A stretch of 51,891 bases of DNA, filler included, from Stramenopiles sp. TOSAG23-6 (taxonomy: Eukaryota), in assembly GCA_900128565.1 (NCBI GenBank). It is 2 parts of 2 records of this genome, joined end to end, with 100 filler letters (N's around TTAATTAATTAA, not from the genome) between each part and the next. Parts side by side here need not be neighbours in the genome. Positions count along the whole stretch, not along the records: positions 1 to 25,962 come from LT635990.1; positions 26,063 to 51,891 come from LT635991.1. One strand, 5' to 3'. The position numbers were made by a program, and so were the translations under genes. The notes under the pieces are model-generated. The model was not told where the DNA came from. It worked only from the letters and a program-made list of their open reading frames with translations, and searched no databases. Positions 20,084-32,000 of the stretch are shown here, in pieces (the stretch's first letter is position 1; each line of letters begins with the position of its first letter).

Positions 20084-20273
20084 TTATATTTTGATACAAA
20101 GAAGAAAAACAACATTTGATTTTGTTAGGTACAACATTTACTATGAAAACAAATAGAAATATTTGTACACAAAACTATATATTATTTTTTAATCGAATAA
20201 ATATATCAAAAAAAATCATTAGGTACAAAATTTCGTACGAAAAAAAAATGAATTTGAAAAATATTTCTTTTAC
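20084..20273 (-). mobile_element. Two adjacent degenerate element copies (~20273-20177 and ~20168-20084)
   Basis: Each has a TACCTAA(C/T) motif and an AATAT end; one keeps TTCGTACGAAATTTTG. Donors are diverged (GTAAAA, GTACAA). Confidence 0.6.
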
Positions 20274-23200
20274 GAATCATGAACATTTCTTATAGTAATG
20301 TCTCCTTTTAAAATATTTTGACCTCTAGATGAGATCAAGTGCCGAAGCAAAGGTCTGTAAAAATTTCCCCATAATTCGTGAGCTTTAAGAACTAAATTTC
20401 TAGTATCCTTTCTATGGGCTGAAATCTGTGCAATTCGAAAAAAAGCTTCCAAGAAATCATCAAATGTGATTTCATCAGATGCAGGTCTGTGGGGCTGCTC
20501 TATCAAGGGATTAATTTGTAGCATTCTTGACTGATTGAAACAAAGTCTGATAGTTTTCTCACTAAATCTTCCATTCGGACCAGACAAACCAACTTTGACT
20601 TTCCCACAACTTAATAGTGTATTGAAATCTACTTTTTGCTTTACCTTTTCACTTGTATTTTCTATTTCTACTTTTTGCTTTACCTTTTCACTTGTATTTT
20701 CTATTTCTATATCTACTTCATCCACTTGAGATTTGCCCTCTTCATCTTGGTTTACTTTACTATCAATATCTGAAGTGGATTGATTTAATTTTTCAATAGG
20801 GACATCTTTTGAATCGGTATTTGGTTGCGATGTAGTAGATGTACCGTGGTACATGCAATCCATTAAACCTGAAGCTTTCAAAAGATCTCTAAATGATTTA
20901 TACTTCATATTAAAATTTCTTGATAAGTCTGCATTCTTGTCGTCGGAATCAACATAAAACATAAATAATTGTTTCATGCTTTTAAGAAACTTGTTTGATA
21001 AATAAGCAGGTCCGGTTTTCATTATTTCCTCCTTTCTAAATACATTTCTTTCTAATGTCAATCCAAATGATAAAGCTTCTTTCTTTTTGGCTTCTAATGC
21101 ACTATTAAAGTTGAGTTTGAAAAACTTTTTCACTGCATCTGATGTCGATTTACAAAGCGACTTATTACCTCCACCTCTCCCACTACCATCCGAGTAATAC
21201 CTACATATAGCAAGCATTACAATACACGAAATAAACTCGTAACGAACAAGTCCGCGATCTGGATTTGCTTTCTCTCTCGCTTTTCGTTTTTGCACACTTT
21301 CATGCGTGATTTTATTACGTATTTTCTTATTGATGACCTTTGCATATTTATGAGCAATTAGACCGAATTCATCAGCATCTATACGGCCATTCATGTCTGT
21401 ATCAGCTTCCTTTACCAATGCTTCGATTTCTTCTTCTGTGCAAGTAAGTCCAAGATTCTGTAATGCCAATAACAACTCGTCAGGAGTAATATCCCCACTG
21501 TCATCTTTATCAAATATCTGAAATACCTTGTAGATCATTTCCTCGTCTTTTTTCTGTTGCAATTCTTCCGCACTTGGATTTGACTCTATATTAGCAAGCT
21601 GAAAAATAAGGTCTATGTCTTTCTTTTGTAAATATTTTTCATGTGACATTTTGAAAGAAGTTGCTACGTCTGAAAAGGGAATCCATGCAAGAACGCCACA
21701 CCCTTTTGACATTGAGCAAGTGTAATTAAATAATTCTACAATATCTTCATAATGATCCTTAATACATCGATATATCACTTTGGTGTCTGCTTTTGTCGTA
21801 TCTCGACCTAAAATTCGGACTGTATTTACATGATTCCAATCGATGCGAAAGGCTTCTCTATACGCTCTCGAAGAATCTAGAATATCTCGTGAATCGCAAT
21901 GTTTTAATCGAGGCTTAAAAGGATTTGATGATGAGTGAGAATCCAGAATACCAACTTTCAAATGCCCTAACCGTTTCAGAAATGCAAACATGTGATTTCC
22001 TCGAATTTCATCATCTTTTGAAAAAGAGTCATCATCGTTTTGTGTAAAATTTTCTGTGGCATCTTCATTGTGAACTCCAAATACTTCAACAGCTTCTTCC
22101 CATAAAAGTTTCTCACGTCCTTTCATCTCCATTAACCAATGCATGTCATGAAAAGTATCAATGATTTCTTCTTTTGTATTTTCTGTTTTAACATAAAATC
22201 CAAATCTTTTCAAGTAACTCTTCCACAAACCAAGATATGACAAATGTTCAGCTAACCATCGCCATACAGGCATTTTCTCCTTTGCTTGAGCTTCTGGAAG
22301 TGCATGAAAAAAATGTTTGGATTTCTTCCTACTCCATAGCCAGCCATTGTCATTATCATATTTATAATCCATTCGACGAACCTCATCTAAATTTTCTGAT
22401 GTATACATATCAGTTTTACGTACGATACTTTCAGTAGGGCTAGAGTTTGGTTTAGATTTTGGCTCTTTACCTTTACTTGAAGTACACCCCCTTTCCTCAA
22501 ACAAAAAGTTTACAATAGAAATTTGGGAATGTAAGGGACTTGCATTTAATCCTTTCTGTTTTGTAATTGACCCTCTTTCATGTGTTGCAATCCCAAATCT
22601 CAGAAGCTCTTCTAAATTCAAAGGTGGTAGTCCCGATATTCCCTCATCTAGAGCATTTGCTAATTCAGATTTTGTCATTTTAACTAAATCTCCAACTTTC
22701 AGTGAATTAGCGTGGACACATCCTTCACGGTTTCCAATTTCAGAGAGATTTTTATTATTACATTTCCAATCAGCATCGCCTTCAGTGACTGGATAAGTAA
22801 TTCGTGGCATGTGTTTGATTTCATACGACGTAAATGGTCTTAGATTACGTTTCGGTCGATGTGGTAACTTTTTTCCCTGGTTTGAAATTTTCATGATTGG
22901 GTATTTACATTTTGGATGAGGAAAGGTTCCTTTGCGGGTCGGTCTATATCGGCGCATAAACTTCGGATGTGATGTACCTTCCCAGCCCCAATGATCACGA
23001 ATTGCATAGATATAACGACCATCTGCACCGAGGTTATCTCCGTATGCATCGATGATCTCACATAAAGACCACCCAGGAATTTCCGGCGTTTTTTCAGTGG
23101 AATTATTTTTCTTCTTCTTCTTTGTGTCTTCCTTAACTTCCGGTTTTGGGAGACCTGCTGTAGCTAATTGCTCTTCTGTACAATTACATCGAACTTCAAC

Positions 23201-25894
23201 AAAATCACCTATTTGAAACTTTGGGCGCATGTTTGTGTTACCATTGACTTTCTGAAATGCCTTTCCAGCTAATGCACCTTCGATACATTTTACGTCAAAT
23301 AAGCCCAAATCCTGATTTTTTTGGATCTGCGTTTTTACAGGATGTACATTATTTATTTCTGCTACTGCCCAAATACGTTTTGCATAAGGCCCGACGGTTG
23401 AGTCTGGATTATCTATGAGGCATTCAACTACACCATCAACTACAAAATTTGAGTTACAAAGTTTCTTCCATATAATTTCTCGTTTTCTCTCTTCAGCGTT
23501 GAAATCTGCTTTCGCAATTCTTGTTTCTTCGTGATCTTCTATCAGATTTTCTAAATTATTACCTCCTTGATCTTTGGATACTTTGGTAAGATTGTATGGT
23601 GTTTTCGGCAGTTTATGTACAGGTGGAATAATCCCCCAATTGCACTTCTGATCTTCTGCAGCAACTTGTATCTTATCGAAAGCTTCATTATCTGACGATT
23701 GCCCATTAATATTACAACGTGGCTCGCCATTAACATTACAACGTGGTACTTTATATATATAATGAATTCGTTCATTTGGAATCATCGTTGGTGCGATAAG
23801 CGCTTGTGGACGTTTTTCTAGAGAAGATTTAAGCTCTTCAATTTCTTTTCTACGTTGTTTTCCTGTTGGGATTATACCAGTACATTGCTTATAGTATTTT
23901 TGAACCCTTGCGTTTTCTTTCTCTAACCTCATAGAACTATTATCGAGCATATAATACGAGAAAGGGTTCCATGTTGAAGAACGAAGTGACCCTTCTTTAA
24001 GCTTATCACATATATCCACTACTTTGGCGTGAAAAGTATTATTGTAGTTTTCACAAGGCTTTTTTGACACAGCAGATACGAGATCTCTCCCACCCTTATA
24101 ACGAATATATACCGCTGCTGCTAACAACGGAACTTGTATCCCAAAATTTTGAGTAGTACCAGATATATTTTGTTCATTTGCTACCCCAACTTCACCATAA
24201 GTAAAGTGAAGCGCGGTTTCGCCAGCAACATTTTGATGATTCACATGTGCTCCACTATCAATTAATAACTTAACAATTTCTAATACTGAACAATATGCTG
24301 GGCTTGGGTGACCTCGTCTCTTTTGCTTACTAATTTTTCCATTTTCCATGTTAATACTAGAACTAGAAGATGTACTACTAATGTCATCGGTTTGAATGCT
24401 TGAATTTTGACTTAATAATTTGTCAGGCACTTTTGTAAAATTTGGCGTCAAACCATTACTTGTAGGTTCATTCGGTGGTTCAAATTTGTTCCGTTTCTTT
24501 CGAACTTCGTGAAAACCCCATCGGCATGCATGTATTTTGGAAAAATATTTGAAAAATAAATCGTTAGGTACAAAATTTCGTACGAAGAAACAATTCATAC
24601 AAAAAAAAAAAAATAAAACATGCATGTATAAGTGGGGAGTTCATATCTGCATCAATTTCATTAGGATCACTGCCTCTATCCAACAAACGAACAACGCAAG
24701 CTGAATCTGAATTAGCCGCAGCTCTCGACAGAGCACGAGTATTGTTTACCCCCAAATTAAATGAAAGATAGTTTTGGAGTCTCAAATCTTCTTCGGCATG
24801 AATTTTGATCCAAATATTTTGTTTCCATTCAACTTCCGCGTCAGCTTTGCCAGCCTCAAAATCCTCCATCATTTCGACGAAATCTTTTGATACTTCGTTG
24901 GTACTTTCAAAATTAGACATACTGTTTATAGAAGTTGTGCTTTCTGTATTTTTTTCTACTTCCTCTCTATGACGATTTTTTTTCTCTTTTTCATATATAT
25001 CGTGAAAAAATATTTAAATTCCTTTTTTGTTAGATGAAAATTTTAATACGAAAAAACATTATTTTGAATTCAATATTGAAAATGTACATGCATCCTTTAC
25101 AACTTGTTTTCGCCGAGCCCATTCTATTTCGAAATCATTTCCACCTAATTTGGCAAAGCGTAACCAGCGACGATATTTCAAAATATGACGCCGGAATGTA
25201 TATTTTTGAATGATACTTGCGGAGTAGTTTTGCCGTTTTGCAAGTATTTCGTCAATTGAGATTTCTCCAGAGATTTGACTACGTAGTTGAATACATTCAT
25301 CCCACCCACGACTATCCCACATACGAACTCCTAATGTACGATCATTATTTAAACTAGGATTTTCTTTTATTTTATTCTTTTGGGTGTCTACCTCTTGGTT
25401 CTCACTATATGGTTTAGGCCTGTAATGAAATGTGTGATGACGCCACCCATCTGTAATGAAACAATCATTTAAAGTGTACCATTTTTTATCAAGAATGATT
25501 GGAGAAAATTGAGGTATATTTGGAAGATTTAAGAAGCGACAAGCTACCTTAAAATATTTCCTACGATCCACATGTAGTGATGATATAGAGAACTTGTCAT
25601 GAAATGGAGCAACAGTACCATCTCCTTCGACTATGACATCATTTCCAGTTAAATGCACGCAATGTAATCCTTTATTACCTTGGAAAGCTTTAGTTAAATG
25701 TTCAATATTTATTTTGCTACACCCAATTCCACAATGATCTAACTGAAGTACTTGCAATACTGTATTTTGAAGTAAGGCATTGGCTAACACAGGGATCGAT
25801 GACCAAGTTATCCACCCAGCATCAATTTCTCTTGTCGGTTTCGTAGTAGACACTTCATTCTCTACTGGAGAAGGATTTACATAAATGGTAGAGA
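20270..25894 (-). CDS. Large multidomain protein (LRR, IQ-like, ankyrin, EF-hand pair), 5'-partial; exons 25894-25088, 24994-24624, 24529-20270
   Basis: RNI-like LRR LANALLQNTVLQVLQLDHCGIG. IQ-like SASIIQKYTFRRH. Ankyrin NSPLIH-ACRWG and GETALHF. EF hands DKDDSGDITPDE and DTDMNGRIDADE. Three ORFs join in frame. Confidence 0.85.
20628..20709. repeat. 39-bp coding tandem duplication (EIENTSEKVKQKV x2)
   Basis: Identical units start at 20628 and 20667. Confidence 0.9.
24530..24623 (-). mobile_element. Element intron, 94 nt, GC...AT
   Basis: atacAT|GCATGTTTT...TTCGTACGAA...TACCTAAC...AAAATAC AT|gcatgc. Restores the ankyrin repeat. Confidence 0.9.
24995..25087 (-). mobile_element. Element intron, 93 nt, GT...AT
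   Basis: gcAT|GTACATTTTCA...CATCTAAC...TTCACGATAT AT|at. Removes the stop at 25059 and joins ORF 24564..24920. Confidence 0.8.
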
Positions 25895-25962
25895 ATGTAT
25901 TTTGGAGAAATATTCCAAAAAAAAAATGTTAGGTACAAAATTTCGTACGAAAAAAAATTGAA
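25895..25962 (-). mobile_element. Element intron, 3' part (cut by assembly gap), ending ...AAAATAC AT
   Basis: TTCGTACGAAATTTTGTACCTAAC...CTCCAAAATACAT on the minus strand. Confidence 0.85.
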
Positions 25963-26062
25963 NNNNNNNNNNNNNNNNNNNNNNNNNNNNNNNNNNNNNN
26001 NNNNNNTTAATTAATTAANNNNNNNNNNNNNNNNNNNNNNNNNNNNNNNNNNNNNNNNNNNN
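25963..26062. other. Artificial scaffold linker (N44-TTAATTAATTAA-N44)
   Basis: Exactly 100 nt with a central 12-mer giving stops in all six frames. Genes on both sides are truncated. Confidence 0.95.
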
Positions 26063-29000
26063 CGCCCTCGCCGTAATAGATGTACATGCAAAAGATGTAT
26101 CAAAAAAAATGATTGAAAAGAAAGTTTGTAAGAAAGAAGATTTTTCATGGATAACTCAATTACGGTACTATTGGCGCAATGGTGATTGGAAGAATGGGAA
26201 AATGGAACAAGTTCAGGGAGACCTTGAAGTCATCATGGTTACTTCTAAAAGACCTTACGCATATGAGTATCTTGGTAATTCCTTTCGGTTAGTTATCACA
26301 CCATTAACAGATAAATGTTATCTTACATTAATGGGTGCAATTGAAATGATTCTAGGTGGATCTCCTGCGGGGCCAGCCGGGACAGGGAAAACAGAAACGG
26401 TAAAGGATATGGCGAAGGGTTTGGCAAAACAATGTGTAGTATTCAATTGCTCTGATGGCATGGACTTCAAAATGACTGCCAAATTTTTCAAGGGTTTAGC
26501 TTCGTGTGGTGCCTGGTGCTGTTTTGATGAATTCAATCGGATTCTTATAGAAGTTCTTTCGGTTATTGCGCAACAAATTATGACGTTGCAAAATGGTGTC
26601 CGAGCCGGACAAACTCGAATTATTTTTGATGAAACGGATATTAAGCTTGATTGGCAATTTGCTGTTTTCATTACTATGAATCCGGGGTATGCAGGTCGAA
26701 CAGCATTACCAGATAATCTTGCTGCTCTCTTCCGCCCTATCGCAATGATGGTTCCCGACTACGCTTTAATTGGAGAAATTATGCTTTTTGCCTATGGTTT
26801 TAGTAAAGCAAGATCAAATGCACAAAAGATGGTTGCTACATTTCGTCTATGTTCTGAACAGTTATCTTCACAAGACCATTACGACTATGGAATGCGTGCT
26901 GTGAAAACGGTAATAGTAGCTGCCGGTAATTTGAAAGGCGAAGAACCAGATGAAGACGAAGAACTTCTTATGCTTCGTGGCCTTATTGATGTAAATGTGC
27001 CCAAATTTCTAAGTCATGACTTACCCTTGTTTGAAGGTATTATGTCTGATTTATTTCCTTCTAAAAAGAAACCTGAAATTGATTATGGTGCACTACTTGC
27101 ATGTATAAAAACTGTTTGCAAAACGAAACATTTACAGCAACACCCATGGTTTATTGAAAAGGTGATTCAACTATATGAGATGATAGTAGTTCGTCATGGG
27201 CTTATGGTAGTAGGTCCAACGGGGGGTGGGAAAAGTAGTAATATATTTGTTCTTCAAGGCGCCCTCACAATGTTAAAAGAGTATGGTGTAGAAGGTAAGC
27301 GTTATGAAAAAGTTTCAGTAAAATATATAAATCCAAAAAAAATAACAATGGGGCAACTATACGGGAACTTTGATCCAAATACACATGAATGGCGTGACGG
27401 AGTTCTAGCAAATATGATTCGTGTGTGTGTTCAACAAGCAGACTCATCTTTGAAATGGGTTCTATTTGATGGCCCCGTAGATACCTTATGGATCGAGTCA
27501 ATGAATACAGTTCTCGATGACAATAAAAAACTTTGTCTGAATTCTGGTGAGATGGTTGCTCTTTCACCAGAAATGACAATGATGTTTGAACCAGCTGATC
27601 TGGCAGTGGCATCGCCTGCGACAGTAAGTCGGTGCGGTATGATCTACATGCAACCCCATTCTCTTGGTTTAGATCCCGCAATTGACTCATGGTTCTCATT
27701 ACTTCCAAAGAAATTTTCTACCAAAATGAGAATTCGATTGAGAGAACTATTTGATGTGCATTTGCGAGGCTCCCTTACTTTTCTGCGACGACATGTTAAC
27801 GAACCCGTGCCGTCTGCTGATAATAATCTTTCTGGGTCCCTCATGCGTTTTTTGGATTGCTTTTTCCAAAAGTATCGATATAGAAATGGCGAAGAGCCTC
27901 CCTCATCTAAAGATATTGCAATCATAGAGTCTCATCTTGATCCAATATTTTTATTTTCATTTGTTTGGACAATTGGGGCAACATCTGATTATGCAGGTCG
28001 TCTCAAATGGGATGGATTTCTACGTTCAATCATGATAGGATCAGGTATGGCACACCATGTGCCTAGTGAAGGTTTACTTTATGACTACTATTGGGAAACA
28101 GAATCTGCAACTTGGCAAAAGTGGATGAAATTATCAAAACCTTATATTCACGACACATTTTCTGAAATCACCGTAGCAACGACTGATTCAACGCGTTACA
28201 CGTGGATTCTGGACACTTTGATTAATAACGGCAAACATGTTCTTATGTGTGGACCAACTGGAACTGGGAAAACAGTAAATATCAATAAACATTTACAGAG
28301 TGGGATGTCGAAGGAATATATACCACTCTGTTTTACATTTTCAGCACAAACTTCAGCAAATCAAACACAGGATATTATTGATGGTAAATGCGATAAAAGA
28401 CGCAAAGGTATATTTGGACCAATGATTGGTAAAAAATATATCATATTTGTGGATGATGTAAATATGCCTCAGCGTGAAATATTCTTTGCGCAACCTCCAA
28501 TTGAGCTTCTTCGTCAGTGGCTTTGCTCTAGCGGTTGGTACGACAGGAAAACATTGCGCTGGAAAACAATAGTTGATTCTCAACTAGTTGTTGCATGTGG
28601 ACCACCAGGAGGTGGCCGAAATCCAGTGACACCTCGGTTCTTCAGACACTTCAATTACGTATCATATACAGCAATGGAAGATGATGTAATGTATACAATT
28701 TTCTCAAGTATATTGAAGAATTTCTTAGTAATGGGAAAATTTGACGAGTCCATGCATTATCTAACTGATGCTATTGTATGGTCGTCAATTGAAGTCTATA
28801 ACAGAACTGTGAATGAGCTACTACCAACGCCGAGCAAGCCGCACTATACCTTTAATCTTCGAGATCTTGGGAAAATTTTCCAGGGCCTGTTGATGGCAAA
28901 TAAGACCAAAGTAGGATCTCAAACACAATTGCTTCGTATGTGGATTCATGAAACTCGGCGTGTTTTTGTCGATCGCTTAGTCAACACTCACGACAGAACA

Positions 29001-32000
29001 TGGTTTAATGATAAACTGAAAGAAAAAGTATCATCAAGAATGAATATGAAGTGGGCAGACATTGTACCAAATGATCTTTTATTGTTTGGTGATTATATGA
29101 TTCCTGGAGCTGATCCTAGGGTGTATTGTGAAGTTGTTGATAACGCTACAGTATTACCTATCGTGGATGAATATCTTGCGGACTACAACGCAGAGACAAA
29201 AACTCCAATGAATCTCGTGTTGTTTACAGATGCAATTGAACATGTTAGTCGTATTTCTCGTATCATTCGCCAGCCTCAGGGTAATGCGCTATTGTTTGGC
29301 GTTGGTGGGTCAGGTCGTCAATCTTTGACACGTCTTGCAACATCAATGTCAGAATACGATTTATTTCAAGTAGAAATAGCAAAGGGGTATGGACAGTTTG
29401 AATGGCATGAAGATTTGCGTAGTTGTCTTCTCAAGGCTGGAATTGAAGATGTACCTGTCGTGTTTCTCTTTGTTGATACACAAATAGTTTTCGAAGGAAT
29501 GCTCGAGGATATTAATAATATATTGAATTCTGGTGATGTTCCTAATTTATACGGTCCTGAAGAAATGGAACAAATTGTCTCCACATGTCGGATTGAATGC
29601 ACTAAAAAAAGAATACCACCGACGAAAATTAATATTTATGCCCAATATATAATTCGCGTGCGCCGGAATATTCACATTGTCATTGCAATGTCACCAATTG
29701 GAGATGAGTTTCGCCGGAGATTGAGAATGTTTCCATCGCTCGTGAACTGCTGCACTATAGACTGGTTTGATCCATGGCCAGACGAGGTTTTAATATAGTA
29801 AGAATGGTGTTGTAGAGTTCTTCAAAACGATTCACCAGAGTGTGTCTACAATATCACAGGATTTCTTATCAGAGATTGGAAGATATAATTACGTAACTCC
29901 AACGTCATATCTTGAATTGCTTGAAGCGTATAAGAAGACATTAAAGAGAAAACGTATAGAAATAGGAAATATGAAATTCAAATTACAGAATGGTTTAGAC
30001 ACAATGGCGAATACCGAAAAAGAAGTCGGGACTTTACAGGCGCAAATCATTAAAATGCGACCAGTACTTGAAAAAACTAGTGAAGAGGTGAAAGACATGA
30101 TTGAGGTTATCAAAGTAGATTCTGCTGAGGCAGCGATTACTAAAACAGCAGTAGAGGCAAAAGAAAAGGAAGCCAAAATTCAAGGTGCGGAAGCTCAAGC
30201 TATCGCCGATGACGCACAGAGAGATTTAGACGAAGCACTTCCTGCTCTTGATGAGGCTGTCAAATGTTTAAGCCTTCTGAAAAAGAGTGACCTAGATGAA
30301 GTTAGATCATTGAAAACTCCCCCAAAGGGGGTTAAACTTACTATGGAGGTTGCATGTGTCATCTTTGGCATACCTCCAATTCGAGAAAAAGATCCAGAAA
30401 ATTTAGGTAAAAAAATTAATAATTATTGGGCATCGGCCAAGTCGAAATTACTGCAAAATCCAAAGAAATTGCTGGAAATGCTTATTGAATACGATAAGGA
30501 TAACATGGAGGAAGCAACGGTTGAAAAAGTCGCCGTGTATTACAACGATCCTGATTTTACACCGAAAAATATCGAAAGGGCATCAAAGGCATGTACCGCA
30601 ATTTGTATGTGGGCTCGAGCTATGTACAAATATAGTATGGTAGCGAAAGAAGTTGAGCCTAAAAAGGTTTTACTAGCTGAAGCACAGGCTTCACTAAAGA
30701 TAACGATGGGGGTGCTAGAGGAAGCTCAAACCAAATTAGCTGCCGTGATGAAAAAGTTAGCTGGATTAGAAGCTGATCTAAAATCAGCAATGGATAAAAA
30801 GAATGATTTGGAAGCTCAGATGAAGCTTGCAACTGATCGTCTTCAACGCGCTGATGTTCTCATTGGTGGTTTAGGTGGCGAGAAAGCTCGCTGGAAAGAA
30901 ACTGTAGGTACTTTGAGTATTGCTTACGATAATCTGATTGGTGACGTACTAGTAGCTTCGGGTACAATTTCATATCTTGGATGCTTCACCCCCGCATTTA
31001 GAAGCCGCACCGTCAAGTTATGGATTGAAGAATTATCAAATCTAAAAGTAGTGCCTTACTCACCTGGTGCTTCGATTAGGACTGTATTAGAAGACGCTGT
31101 AGAGGTTAGACAATGGATACTCACTGGGCTTCCAACCGATCAACATTCAGTTGAAAACGGTATTATAATGTCCTATGCTCGACGTTGGCCATTGTTCATT
31201 GATCCTCAACAGCAAGCAAATCGATTTATTCGTAATTTGGGGAAAACGGAATCAGATAATGGTATAGATTTAACCAAACTTTCTGACCCGAACTTTTTGA
31301 GAACACTCGAAAATGGAGTTCGTTTTGGTAAATGGGTATTATTAGAAAATATACTAGAAGATTTAGATGCTGCGCTTGAGCCGTTGCTCCAACAACAAAA
31401 GTTTAAACAAGGAGGTACAATCATGATAAAGATTGGAGATTCTTCTATACCATATAATGAATCCTTCAAATTCTTCATGACAACTAAGCTTCCAAATCCT
31501 CATTATCCGCCAGAGGTTTGTGTCAAAGTTACGCTACTCAACTTTACAATTACACCTACAGGATTGGAAGACCAATTGTTAGGTGTTGTTGTAGTGAAAG
31601 AACGACCAAAGTTAGAAGATCAAAAAAACAAGCTATTAGTATCAAATGCTAAGATGAAAAGAAAACTAAAGGAAATCGAAGACCATATTTTGAAACTACT
31701 TGCCGATAGCACAGGAAATATTCTGGACGACATTGATTTAATTAATGCACTTGCAACATCAAAAAAAGTATCAGCGGAGATAAAAGAGAAAGTTGTTGAA
31801 GCGGTTGAAACAGAAAAGATAATTAATACAGCAAGAGAGAAATACAGACCAGTTGCGTTTCGTGGTTCACTGTTATATTTCTGTATTTCAAATCTTGCAT
31901 TAGTTGACCCTATGTACCAATACTCATTACAATGGTTTGTGGCTCTATTTACTAAAGGCATTAAAGAAACAGAAGTATCAAGGAATGTAGAAGTACGAAA

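Noticed and set aside
25963-26062. TTAATTAATTAA palindrome inside an N run
   Set aside because: Synthetic six-frame-stop linker. Adjacency across it is not biological evidence.
29796-29801. Stop-codon reassignment or readthrough in dynein
   Set aside because: The downstream part is in a different frame, and all other genes read normally in the standard code.
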